64,000 bases of DNA, from NCBI GenBank assembly GCA_043803225.1, contig JAZDKF010000026.1, positions 2,250 through 66,249 of the forward strand, given 5' to 3'. Position 1 is the stretch's first letter; the number at the start of each line of letters is the position of its first letter. This stretch comes from Candidatus Beckwithbacteria bacterium (GTDB lineage Bacteria; Patescibacteriota; Microgenomatia; UBA1400; CG1-02-47-37). Under the pieces are notes generated by a model that was not told where the DNA came from, did no database searches, and saw only the letters and a program-made list of their open reading frames with translations. A program made the position numbers and the translations under genes. Below are positions 51,339-60,346 of the stretch, one piece after another.

Positions 51339-52301
51339 TTATTTATTTCCTGAGTGATACTTTTGATATAACTCTTTTAAATGCTGATTGGTTACATGAG
51401 TATAAATCTGCGTTGTCGCAATATTTTTATGTCCCAACATTTCCTGGACTGCCCGGATATCTGCTCCGGCCATTAACAAGTCGGTTGCATAGCTATGCCT
51501 TAAACCGTGCGGGGTAATCTTTACCGGAATCCTGGCCAAATTAATATATTTCTTTACAATCCTCTGCACTGATCGGGGAGTCAACCTCATTTTTTCACCT
51601 TGGCTGGCTTCGCTTTTGACTCCGCCGAAGTGGATAAACATCGGCCGGAAATCATCTTCCCGTTTGTTTAAATATCGTTTTAGCCACTCTTTAGCCCGTT
51701 TGCTTAAAAACACCACCCGCTGCCGGCCGCCTTTGCCGATCACTCCAAACTCGCCCCGGTTCAAATCGATCTCTTCCCGATTCAGCTTAACCAGTTCCGA
51801 AACCCGCAGTCCCGTTGAAAACAGCATCTCCAATACCGCCTTATCTCTTAACTGAGATAACTTGGAAATTCCTACGCTGCCTAAAAGTCTCTCTACTTGT
51901 TCTGTGTTTAAAAACTTTAATGATTTACTCTCGGTTTTTGGCAGTTCAATCTTTTCCGGTGCCAGGCAGCTAACATCCCGTTTAATTAAATACTTTAAAA
52001 ACGATCTCAGGCAAATCACATGATAAGCTTGGGTGGCTCGGCTTAGTGTTTCACCTCGTGGTGTTTGCATTCTGGCCAAAAACACCCGATACCTGGTCAC
52101 CATATCTAAACTTAACTTTCTTATCTGAAACTTTTCTTCCATTTGTTTAGTCCACTTGAGGAAACGGATCAAATAATGACGGTAATTTCTGACCGTCAAC
52201 CTTGAACAGTTGCGTTCAATTTCCAGATATTCTAAAAACTCCTCGATATACCTCATGAGCTCATCTTCGCTTTTTCTTAGTATTTTCTCATTAGCACTCA
52301 T
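51339..52301 (-). CDS. tyrosine site-specific recombinase, XerC/XerD family
   Basis: C-terminal catalytic motif HGLRHSYATDLLMAGADIRAVQEMLGHKNIATTQIYTHV (R..H..R..Y). Confidence 0.85.
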   Translation of the reverse strand: MSANEKILRKSEDELMRYIEEFLEYLEIERNCSRLTVRNYRHYLIRFLKWTKQMEEKFQIRKLSLDMVTRYRVFLARMQTPRGETLSRATQAYHVICLRSFLKYLIKRDVSCLAPEKIELPKTESKSLKFLNTEQVERLLGSVGISKLSQLRDKAVLEMLFSTGLRVSELVKLNREEIDLNRGEFGVIGKGGRQRVVFLSKRAKEWLKRYLNKREDDFRPMFIHFGGVKSEASQGEKMRLTPRSVQRIVKKYINLARIPVKITPHGLRHSYATDLLMAGADIRAVQEMLGHKNIATTQIYTHVTNQHLKELYQKYHSGNK

Positions 52302-53293
52302 TATCTTTACCTGCCAATATGTGGATAAAGAGGGGATAGCTTGCTATATCAACCCTTTTACCTCATTAATTTTTAGAAACTATAAGACAGCTTTGTGGAT
52401 AAATTTTTTATAATTTCCTAAGTAATTATCTAAATAGATTTTTCTGTTTATAGCATAACAGTTAGGCAACTAAGCGTCAATAATGTGCGACATTAACTTA
52501 AAAGGTCAGTTCCGCATGGATTACTAAAACTGAAGCCTGGTTTTATTGCCAAACTGACTATAACTTCTTAAATAGTCGCATTTTTCTTGAAGAAAACCTC
52601 ACCAAATCGCGTTTAAGGCCTTTATTTAATACGAGCTGATAAAAGTATAGCTTGATTTTGGAAAAAATAGGAAATAATAAATTTCCGCAGCTAAATGTTA
52701 TATTTATTAACAGTAGGTAAGTCTTTGATCCTTTCGGTCTAGTTTCGGAAAATTATAAAAACTGCTTAACTCAATAAATAGAGGATCTTTGCAAATAGTA
52801 ATTAGAATAAATTAAAAAAATTCCCAATCCACGGATAATTTTATAAAATGTACTAACTCGACCGCCTCCCCTTGGAACTCAGGAAGATAGTCGCAAAAGA
52901 TACATTGTGCGACATGATATCAACCCGAATAAAGCCCTAACCTACTTTAATCTCTTTACTCTTCTAGCAGGGAGCGGTTCACAACTGATATATCATCTTT
53001 ACTCATCTTTGCCTGGTTTCTAGCCTATCTAACCTAAACTTCAATCTAAATCTTTTTTTATACATCAACCCTTCCCTTAAGTTATCCACATATATATCAA
53101 ACCATTACAAAAAAAAGATTGATTTAGCAATCTAATTAAATGAATAACAGAAGAAAGCATCTGTTATAAATCATATTTCGTGAAAATATTTCAAAGATTT
53201 TGTGAAAACTTTCCTACTTATTATAGGATATAAAAACTATAGGACCTATAATCTTTTCCTCACTCCTCTACTTCTAAGCTTCTATCTAAAAAA
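52302..53293. promoter_or_regulatory. AT-rich ORF-free region with DnaA-box cluster (candidate oriC / DnaA-regulated region)
   Basis: Three perfect TTATCCACA 9-mers lie at 52319-52327 (-), 52393-52401 (-) and 53081-53089 (+), plus one imperfect box (TTATCCGTG, about 52827-52835). The region has several A/T tracts and no ORF of 60 aa or more on the expected strand. Confidence 0.4.
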
Positions 53294-54058
53294 TTACCAT
53301 TGGGCTAGAAAAAAGGTTAAGCCAAAAACTAAACCCCCAACCCATAAATACTCGCTAATCGTTTTTTTAAATAACCTTCCTGAAAGCCGGTTTTGCACCA
53401 GCCCTAACCCGACATACAAACCAGTGACTACAAATAAAGAAGCCATGGTAATTGTTACCGGCCAAAAACTGATCATAAACGCTAAACCTGCCAATCCCCA
53501 ACTTAGTCCCAAACTGTTATACCATTCTTCCTGTCTGACTTTTTCATCTAAATTTACACTCCAAAGTCCCTGTAAAATTAACGGCAGACTGGTCACTCCA
53601 ACGATTAACCCATTCCACCAGGGAGAAAATCGAAACGAAAACATTGTATCCCAGAGAAAAAAAGCCACAATTAAAGTCAATAAAAATCCGACCGCGTGGG
53701 CTGCTCGAAGCAGTTGGATAGTCCTGATTGCTGCTACTGAAAAAATATTTTCAGTTAAAAGCAAAGCGTACATACCGACTCCAAACACACTAAGAATCAC
53801 TAATCGGCTCAACAACCTGACCGGCAACAAAAAGTAAAATAAAGCCACCGCGACTGGATAAAAAACCGGCAGGATCAAAACCATAAACCACTCAATTCCT
53901 TTTAAATCGTCAAATAACGCCCAGGCAGATAAACCATAAGCCACTCCTGCCAAAAGCCCGATAGCCTGATATCTGACTTCAATCTCAATTGATTGAATTG
54001 CCAATAAACCAAAACTTAAAATCGTGGAAACAATAACTAACCTTAGCCTTTTTGTCAT
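53294..54058 (-). CDS. hypothetical polytopic membrane protein
   Basis: 254 aa with about eight hydrophobic helices. The overlapping plus-strand ORF 53202..53837 is rejected as antisense. Confidence 0.45.
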   Translation of the reverse strand: MTKRLRLVIVSTILSFGLLAIQSIEIEVRYQAIGLLAGVAYGLSAWALFDDLKGIEWFMVLILPVFYPVAVALFYFLLPVRLLSRLVILSVFGVGMYALLLTENIFSVAAIRTIQLLRAAHAVGFLLTLIVAFFLWDTMFSFRFSPWWNGLIVGVTSLPLILQGLWSVNLDEKVRQEEWYNSLGLSWGLAGLAFMISFWPVTITMASLFVVTGLYVGLGLVQNRLSGRLFKKTISEYLWVGGLVFGLTFFLAQW

Positions 54059-54762
54059 AAATTAGTATAAATCGCTTGGACATCATCCAGATCATCCAAT
54101 GTCTCGACAAAGTTTTCTACCTTTAGCTTCGCCTCTTCTTCAAGATTCATTCTGGTTTTTGGAACATAGACCAAATTAGCCTCTAAAATTGAACCGCCGT
54201 TAGCTTCAATCTTAGTTTTCACTTCACTTAGTTGGTTAGGGGCAATCAAGACTTCAACCGCATTTTCTCTCTCGCAAACATCATCTGCGCCTAAATCAAT
54301 CAGTTCCAGCATTTGCTCATCCACCTGAGGTTTCTTCGCCACCGCTAATAAGCCTTTTTTATCAAATAAAAAGGCGGCTGAACCAGGTTGACCCAGACTT
54401 CCCCCACCCTTTTCAAAAATCTTTTTAATCTCGTTGACTGTCCGATTTTTATTATCAGTTAGGACTTCAACCATTATGGCTGTCTGAGCCGGCCCAAATC
54501 CCTCATAAACTGCCTCCATAAAACCCTGGTCCCCGACTCCGTTGCCTTTTTCAATTGCCCGATCAATATTCACCTTCGGCATATTAACTTGTCTGGCTTT
54601 TTCTACAGCTAACCTTAATTTAAAATTACTGTCTAAATCCGGTCCTCCATCTCTGCAGGCAACCGTAATCGCTCTAACCAGCTTAGTAAAGATTTGACCG
54701 CGTTTATGATCAGTCGCTTCCTTTTTATGCTTTATCGTTGACCACTTTGAATGACCTGACAT
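54055..54762 (-). CDS. YebC/PmpR-family DNA-binding transcriptional regulator
   Basis: Begins MSGHSKWSTIKHKKEATDHKRGQIFTKLVRAITVA. Confidence 0.88.
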   Translation of the reverse strand: MSGHSKWSTIKHKKEATDHKRGQIFTKLVRAITVACRDGGPDLDSNFKLRLAVEKARQVNMPKVNIDRAIEKGNGVGDQGFMEAVYEGFGPAQTAIMVEVLTDNKNRTVNEIKKIFEKGGGSLGQPGSAAFLFDKKGLLAVAKKPQVDEQMLELIDLGADDVCERENAVEVLIAPNQLSEVKTKIEANGGSILEANLVYVPKTRMNLEEEAKLKVENFVETLDDLDDVQAIYTNL

Positions 54763-54783
54763 AGCCTAATTGTAACACTCCCG

Positions 54784-55653
54784 TTAGAGTTTCGTATAGT
54801 CTTGTCCCACAATAATAACTATATCAGACCTATATTCAAATGTATCACCCACCTCAATAGTATTAATATTTAATCCTTGACTCAAATTCTTTACTGTTAA
54901 CGAAGTTTTTAGCTTTTGATTAGCGACTATAATCTGCGAATCTTCCTGCTCAAGAGTATTACTGATCAACCTAACCTCGATTCCTAAATTACTTGCCAAC
55001 CGGCTAACATTAGCAGCGACTCCATCTGCTCCGCTGGCATTTAACACGGCTACACTTAAACCTTCTTCAGCTAGTTGTTGATTAAAAATCTGTTCATGAA
55101 CGATCTGATCGAGAATTGACTGATTCACCCGAAAAATTTTAGTCTGGTCTCGCAAAAACTCCGGTTGCCAAGCTAAACTCTTTTCTAAATCAACTTTTCT
55201 CTTAACTGTGGCCGTAAACTTTTCAAACCATAATAGTCTGATCTTATCCCACCAGGTTAAATTAGTTCGCTTATCAATCTGCCAACCGGAAATTGATACC
55301 CCCAGTAAATCTTGAACTGATCTAGTTAGGATTATCCCGGGTTTTTTTTCCAATTGTCCTAATTGAGCTACCTTGCCCAAACGGTACTCTCCAAAACCAA
55401 AACCAACTTTAACCATAGTTTCCGCTGGAATTAATAATTGGATTAACTTTTTTTCCTTCAGGCTGACTAACTTAACCTTAACTATCTGATCTTGCTCTAC
55501 CACTCCAAACCAAATCTGATCATTCCACTGACTTTGGTTAATGCCTCGGACCAACCAAACAACCAATAATATTAATAAAGTTAAACCAAAAAAACTAATT
55601 ACCAGCCTTTTCCAGCCGGTTGCTTTTTGGTCTCTTTTATTAAAGCGGTTCAT
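54784..55653 (-). CDS. membrane-anchored protein with LytR_C-like C-terminal domain
   Basis: N-terminal TM segment. The C-terminus AVLNASGADGVAANVSRLASNLGIEV resembles a LytR C-terminal domain. Confidence 0.35.
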   Translation of the reverse strand: MNRFNKRDQKATGWKRLVISFFGLTLLILLVVWLVRGINQSQWNDQIWFGVVEQDQIVKVKLVSLKEKKLIQLLIPAETMVKVGFGFGEYRLGKVAQLGQLEKKPGIILTRSVQDLLGVSISGWQIDKRTNLTWWDKIRLLWFEKFTATVKRKVDLEKSLAWQPEFLRDQTKIFRVNQSILDQIVHEQIFNQQLAEEGLSVAVLNASGADGVAANVSRLASNLGIEVRLISNTLEQEDSQIIVANQKLKTSLTVKNLSQGLNINTIEVGDTFEYRSDIVIIVGQDYTKL

Positions 55654-55663
55654 TATTGAATTA

Positions 55664-56356
55664 TCAGTCTTTTGTTAATTTATCGAGCACTCCCTGTAAA
55701 TCGACTGCTAACTCTGTCTTAAACTGCTGTTGTTGGCCAGAAATAGGATGTATCAGGCATAATTCCTTAGCTTGGAGAAATAATCTGGGGCACCACTGGC
55801 GGTCAGCTCGACTAGTCTTCCGGCCTGCATACCATTCATCTGCCACTAATGGATAGCCTAGATGTTTTAAATGAACTCGAATCTGATGGGTTCGGCCGGT
55901 TTTCGGTTTTACGGCCAATAAACTTAAAGCTTGACCTTGGTAACAATAATAATCTAGTACTTGATACTTAGTCTTTGCCTCTCTTCCGCCAACAAACACT
56001 CCAAATCGTTTCCGATTAAAAGGATTTCTGTTTATTGGCGCATTTATTTCCCCTTCTTTTGGTTTAACCAGGCCATGGACTAAACACCAGTAAGTTTTTT
56101 GCACTGTTCGATCCTTAAACTGTTTTTGCAATGCCTGCATTGTGCTTTCAGTTTTAGCCACCACTAACAACCCACTGGTCTCCTTATCTAAACGATGAAC
56201 TATTCCTGCCCGGTCAAGTTTAATCTTTTTAAGTTTAATCAACCAATCCTGTAAGGTTACCATTCCTTTAGTTGTCTCGGCTTGATTTATAATCATTCCC
56301 GCCGGTTTGTCGACTACTAACAGCGTTTTATCTTCAAAAACTATGATTGGCTCCAT
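55664..56356 (-). CDS. RluA-family pseudouridine synthase
   Basis: Catalytic motif HRLDKETSGLLVVAKT. Confidence 0.85.
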   Translation of the reverse strand: MEPIIVFEDKTLLVVDKPAGMIINQAETTKGMVTLQDWLIKLKKIKLDRAGIVHRLDKETSGLLVVAKTESTMQALQKQFKDRTVQKTYWCLVHGLVKPKEGEINAPINRNPFNRKRFGVFVGGREAKTKYQVLDYYCYQGQALSLLAVKPKTGRTHQIRVHLKHLGYPLVADEWYAGRKTSRADRQWCPRLFLQAKELCLIHPISGQQQQFKTELAVDLQGVLDKLTKD

Positions 56357-56708
56357 AGATCAAACTATACATTAAGCTTAAGACTCCGGCTACAATAAAA
56401 CCATCGCCAAGATTAAAAACCGGTAATAATGGCAAAGATATATAGTCCACCACTCCCCCTCTTAAAATTCTGTCCAACCAGTTGCTTAATCCTCCGCTAA
56501 TAATTAAACTCACTGTCCAAGAAAATTTAAACTTAATTCCAAACCAAATTAATACTCCCAAAGTAATTATCAACCAAAACCACTGCCAATGACTACCCCA
56601 ACCAAAGGCGATTCCCTGATTTAATTGAAAAAATCCCCGATAAATTACCCACTGCTTTAATCCTTGATCAAACAGAATTAACCAAAGAATTCTCCTAAAC
56701 TTAGGCAT
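56334..56708 (-). CDS. lspA: lipoprotein signal peptidase (signal peptidase II), short form
   Basis: Motifs NQGIAFGWG, GGLSNWLDR and VVDYISLPLLPVFNLGDGFI. Confidence 0.8.
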   Translation of the reverse strand: MPKFRRILWLILFDQGLKQWVIYRGFFQLNQGIAFGWGSHWQWFWLIITLGVLIWFGIKFKFSWTVSLIISGGLSNWLDRILRGGVVDYISLPLLPVFNLGDGFIVAGVLSLMYSLIYGANHSF

Positions 56709-57075
56709 TATCCTTTATCTTTTTAGCACACTCAATGCAATGAGTCGCCGTGGCATCGATTGCCAATCGATCAGTGTCAATCAACTTATGGCAACCTTCA
56801 CAAATTCCAAATCTTCCCACTTTAATCTTAGTTAAGGTTTTTCGAATTCTTATTAAAGTTTTTTCTACTTCAAGTTTAAGCGCTGAAATGCGATCGTGGC
56901 CAGCTTCTTCTTTGGCTTCAGTATCAACCGCTGCATTATCATTTACCCGGTCCTGATCTGTAAACGGATCTTCTTTTTCCAATTCAAATTTTCGTCTTTT
57001 TAACTTTTTCTCCTCTTTTTGCAAATATGTTTTTAACGGATTTAATATCGGTAAAGGAAATTTAATTCTGGACAT
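56701..57075 (-). CDS. TraR/DksA-family C4 zinc-finger protein
   Basis: C-terminal CEGCHKLIDTDRLAIDATATHCIECAK (C-x2-C-x17-C-x2-C). Confidence 0.7.
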   Translation of the reverse strand: MSRIKFPLPILNPLKTYLQKEEKKLKRRKFELEKEDPFTDQDRVNDNAAVDTEAKEEAGHDRISALKLEVEKTLIRIRKTLTKIKVGRFGICEGCHKLIDTDRLAIDATATHCIECAKKIKDNA

Positions 57076-57097
57076 ACTCTCTTATTTTAGCTAATAA

Positions 57098-57868
57098 CTA
57101 CTTAAAATCAAAGCCGAGTTTTTTTCGCTTAAGCTTTAAACGCCGGAAAGTCTTTATTTTTTCTTCAGCTCTATCTTTTTTAAATAAAGTCGCTAAGCGG
57201 CCCGAACGTTCTAAAAGTAAACTTATGCCTAAACCGATTAATCCGCCTCCAAGCCAAACAGTTCCGCCTTTGAGTCCTAACTGTAATCCTCCGAAGCTCA
57301 ATAAATATGCCGCTGCTAAAAAACCAGGCTTAGCTTCAGTTAAACTGCCTTTATACCAGCTAAAACTGCGATACTTTTTATTCCAAAAAACCAACAGCCG
57401 GTAAATTATCACCAAACCTAAAACCCAAATCAGCTCCCAAGGTAATTGCCATTTGCCGACTGCTAAAAATTGGCCGATCCGGCCAAAAATTTCTACAATC
57501 AATTGGCTGAAAACCGTTACTTCTAATACCTGCCAAAATGACCAACGTTTCTTCAAAATCCAGAAAATTATGGTCGCCCAAAAACCTATAAACGCACCCT
57601 CATAAGCTAATCCAGGAAATTTGGTTATAAAAATAATCTTATACCAGTTATTATATTGTTCCCAATGAGCCAATACCTGCCAGGCTCTGGCACAAAAAAA
57701 ACTTACCATTCCACCCAGCAACCATCCATCCACCAATCCCTCTTCATCTACGCCTTCTTCTTTGCCTTTTTGCCATAAACTAAAACCGCCGAAAAACACT
57801 CCCAGTAACATTAATACCCCAAAAGAATGAATCGCTATTGGTCCGATTGAAACTAAAGTTGGCCACAT
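57098..57868 (-). CDS. lgt: prolipoprotein diacylglyceryl transferase-like membrane protein
   Basis: The start was trimmed to MWPTLVSIGPIAIHSFGV. It has an FGRIGQF segment resembling the Lgt signature. It shares an operon context with lspA. Confidence 0.55.
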   Translation of the reverse strand: MWPTLVSIGPIAIHSFGVLMLLGVFFGGFSLWQKGKEEGVDEEGLVDGWLLGGMVSFFCARAWQVLAHWEQYNNWYKIIFITKFPGLAYEGAFIGFWATIIFWILKKRWSFWQVLEVTVFSQLIVEIFGRIGQFLAVGKWQLPWELIWVLGLVIIYRLLVFWNKKYRSFSWYKGSLTEAKPGFLAAAYLLSFGGLQLGLKGGTVWLGGGLIGLGISLLLERSGRLATLFKKDRAEEKIKTFRRLKLKRKKLGFDFK

Positions 57869-57902
57869 ATACTCAATAGTATAACATGCTATACTAAACT
57901 TC

Positions 57903-58340
57903 ATGCTCGCTGCATCACACGCTTTAATTGGCGCCGCAATTGCCACCACTGTTCCCGATCCTTGGCTGGGATTTCCCTTAGCAATCTTAAGTCATTTTCT
58001 CATTGACCTTTTCCCCCACTGGGATGCTCACACTCGTCACACCAACAGAACTAAACCGGTTATTATCGTTATTTCTCTGACTGACGCCTTTATTGGTTTT
58101 TTCCTGGGCTGGTTAATTTTCTCCTCTTCCGTGAACCAATCTTACTTATTTACGATGATGTTTATTTCCCAATTACCCGATTGGATTGAAGCTCCTTACC
58201 ATGTCTTTGATTGGCATTTTTTCCCATTTTCTTCCATTAAAAATCTCCAAAGCCGGCTCCACTTTAAACTTAACTGGCCCTGGGGATTATACTCTCAAGT
58301 TATTCTCGTAATTATTATCGTTCTTCTCGCTAGGCTCTAG
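57903..58340 (+). CDS. hypothetical membrane protein
   Basis: 145 aa with three or four TM helices and His-rich segments. Confidence 0.35.
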   Translation: MLAASHALIGAAIATTVPDPWLGFPLAILSHFLIDLFPHWDAHTRHTNRTKPVIIVISLTDAFIGFFLGWLIFSSSVNQSYLFTMMFISQLPDWIEAPYHVFDWHFFPFSSIKNLQSRLHFKLNWPWGLYSQVILVIIIVLLARL

Positions 58341-58887
58341 CCACATAACTAGCGTCACGCGTATCCACCACTATCTTTTCACCCTGCTTAATAAACAATG
58401 GCACTTTAATATTTAAGCCGTTTTCCAAAGTTGCTGGTTTATAAATATTCGCTACGCTATTGCCTTTTTCACCCGGATCTGTCTGCTTAACTGTTAAAGT
58501 TAACTTGGCCGGCAGTTCTAAAGCCAGCGCTGTTTCTTCCCAATATAAAACTTGGACTTCCACACCATCAGACAAGTACTGCTTTTGTTCTTTAATCAAC
58601 TCATTATCAATCTCTACTTGCTCATAACTGACCGGATCCATAAATATACTGTTATTAGCATCAGAATATAAATACTGCATCTTTTTCCGTTTCAGTTGAA
58701 TATCCGCCACACTATTCCCGCTACTGAAAGTTTTTACTGTTACTGATTGGGTAATTAAGTTTTTGACTCTGACTTTAATCGTCGCATTCCCCCGCCCCAT
58801 TTTGGTAAATTCATACTTTAAAACCAGGTAAGGCTGGCCGTCCAGTTCAAAAGCAACGCCGTTTCGTAACTGATTGACATTAAGCAT
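58330..58887 (-). CDS. efp: elongation factor P
   Basis: Contains NQLRNGVAFELDGQPYLVLKYEFTKMGRGNATIKVRVKNLITQ. Confidence 0.9.
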   Translation of the reverse strand: MLNVNQLRNGVAFELDGQPYLVLKYEFTKMGRGNATIKVRVKNLITQSVTVKTFSSGNSVADIQLKRKKMQYLYSDANNSIFMDPVSYEQVEIDNELIKEQKQYLSDGVEVQVLYWEETALALELPAKLTLTVKQTDPGEKGNSVANIYKPATLENGLNIKVPLFIKQGEKIVVDTRDASYVARA

Positions 58888-58932
58888 ATGGTAGAATTAT
58901 AGCAGGCTTGCCCTGAGGAGCAAGCAACGAAG

Positions 58933-59016
58933 GGCGCGGTGTTGAAACTGGTAGACAAGCATGACTCAAAATCATGTGGAGGCAACTCCATGTGGGTTCG
59001 ATTCCCTCCCGCGCCA
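58933..59016 (+). tRNA. tRNA-Leu(CAA)
   Basis: 84-nt type II tRNA. Acceptor GGCGCGG/CCGCGCC, anticodon stem CAUGA/UCAUG with loop CUCAAAA, variable arm GGAG..CUCC, T-loop UUCGAUU. There is one U-U mismatch in the T-stem. Confidence 0.75.
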
Positions 59017-59023
59017 CAAAAGT

Positions 59024-60340
59024 CTATTCTCTTCTCTTTTTATCCACCCCGTAAAACTTGATTCGATCTCCTCTGAAACGCAGGTTAATTGTGGCCAATG
59101 GTCCGTTTCTATGTTTGGCTAATGTTAGCTTACAGTTTTCCAAATCGTTTTCATCTTCATGAAATAAAAACATGACCACATCGGCATCCTGTTCGATCCC
59201 GCCTGACTCTCTTAAATCAGCCAATTGTGGTTTAGGATTGCCTCGGTGCTCCACTGCCCGGGAAAGCTGAGATAAGGCTAAAACCGGAATTTTTAACTCT
59301 CTGGCTAAGTTTTTCAGCCCCATAGAAACTTCAGATATTTCCTGAACCCGGTTTTCTAAATTACGCGAATGGGCCAATTGTAAATAATCAACCACAATTA
59401 ACTTAACATTGTTTTCCACCTGCAGCCGTCTGGCTTTAGTCCGCATCTCCATTATCGACATTCCCGGTGTGTCATCAACATACAAAGGCGCTTCGGCCAA
59501 CTCTCCCATGGCATCAGATAGTTTGGTAAAATCCTGTTCGTTCAACTTCCCGGTTTTTAACTTCCAGGCATCAATATCTGCCTGAGATACCAATAGTCTG
59601 TCAACTAACTCCTCTTGGCTCATCTCTAAGGAGAAAAACCCTACCGGAATCTTGTACTTTACCGAAGCCTGTTGAGCTATATTTAAAGCCAAACTGGTCT
59701 TCCCCATTCCCGGCCTGGCCGCCAAAATAATTAAATTGCTTTGTTGTAATCCTGCCAACACATTATCTAAATCATAAAAGCCTGTCGGTACTCCCCTCAT
59801 CCCTCCGGCTTGCTTATGCAACTCGTCTAACCGGTCAAACGACTCGGCTAAAGCATCTTTAATATGAATAAAGTTTCTTGACAAATGCTGTTGGGATAAA
59901 GAAAAAATTCCTTTTTCTGCCTTGTCTAAGAGTTTATCTAAAGGCGCATTCTCGTCAAACGAGTCTTCCACTAACCGAGACGCTTGTGCAATCAACTCTC
60001 TTTTTGTGCCTAAATTTCTAATTATCTTAGCGTAGTTTAAAGCATGGGCGCTGGTCGGCACCCGATTAACTAATTCCGACAGATAAGCCGCTCCGCCGAT
60101 TTTCTTTAAAGTTTTTTTACTTCTTAATTTTTCCGCCACTGTCACCACATCTACTGGCTCCCGCTCCTCATACAAATCTCTGATTGCCTCAAAAATTAAT
60201 CCGTTTCTCTCCTGATAAAAATGTTCCCGTCTTAAAAACTCAGCTACCTCTACCACCGCATCTTTATCAATCAGTAATGCTCCTAATACTGACTGTTCCG
60301 CTTCGTCGCTATGGGGCGGGATTCGCATTGTTTTAGCCAT
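59024..60340 (-). CDS. dnaB: replicative DNA helicase DnaB
   Basis: The N-terminal sequence IPPHSDEAEQSVLGALLID is a DnaB signature. Walker A motif GMGKT sits in a RecA-like C-domain. Confidence 0.9.
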   Translation of the reverse strand: MAKTMRIPPHSDEAEQSVLGALLIDKDAVVEVAEFLRREHFYQERNGLIFEAIRDLYEEREPVDVVTVAEKLRSKKTLKKIGGAAYLSELVNRVPTSAHALNYAKIIRNLGTKRELIAQASRLVEDSFDENAPLDKLLDKAEKGIFSLSQQHLSRNFIHIKDALAESFDRLDELHKQAGGMRGVPTGFYDLDNVLAGLQQSNLIILAARPGMGKTSLALNIAQQASVKYKIPVGFFSLEMSQEELVDRLLVSQADIDAWKLKTGKLNEQDFTKLSDAMGELAEAPLYVDDTPGMSIMEMRTKARRLQVENNVKLIVVDYLQLAHSRNLENRVQEISEVSMGLKNLARELKIPVLALSQLSRAVEHRGNPKPQLADLRESGGIEQDADVVMFLFHEDENDLENCKLTLAKHRNGPLATINLRFRGDRIKFYGVDKKRRE

Positions 60341-60346
60341 AGATTT

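Noticed and set aside
52302-53293. RNase P RNA, tmRNA, SRP RNA or CRISPR array hidden in the 1-kb ORF-free region
   Set aside because: No direct-repeat/spacer periodicity. I could not find the P4 GGAAAGUCC/ACAGAA motifs of RNase P, a tmRNA tag-reading frame ending ...ALAA with a tRNA-like 3' end, or the SRP domain-IV motif. The DnaA-box/origin interpretation fits better.
53202-53837. Plus-strand 211-aa ORF
   Set aside because: It is antisense to a much more convincing polytopic membrane-protein ORF on the minus strand (53294..54058). Its composition is low-complexity, Lys/Asn/Pro-rich with no motif.
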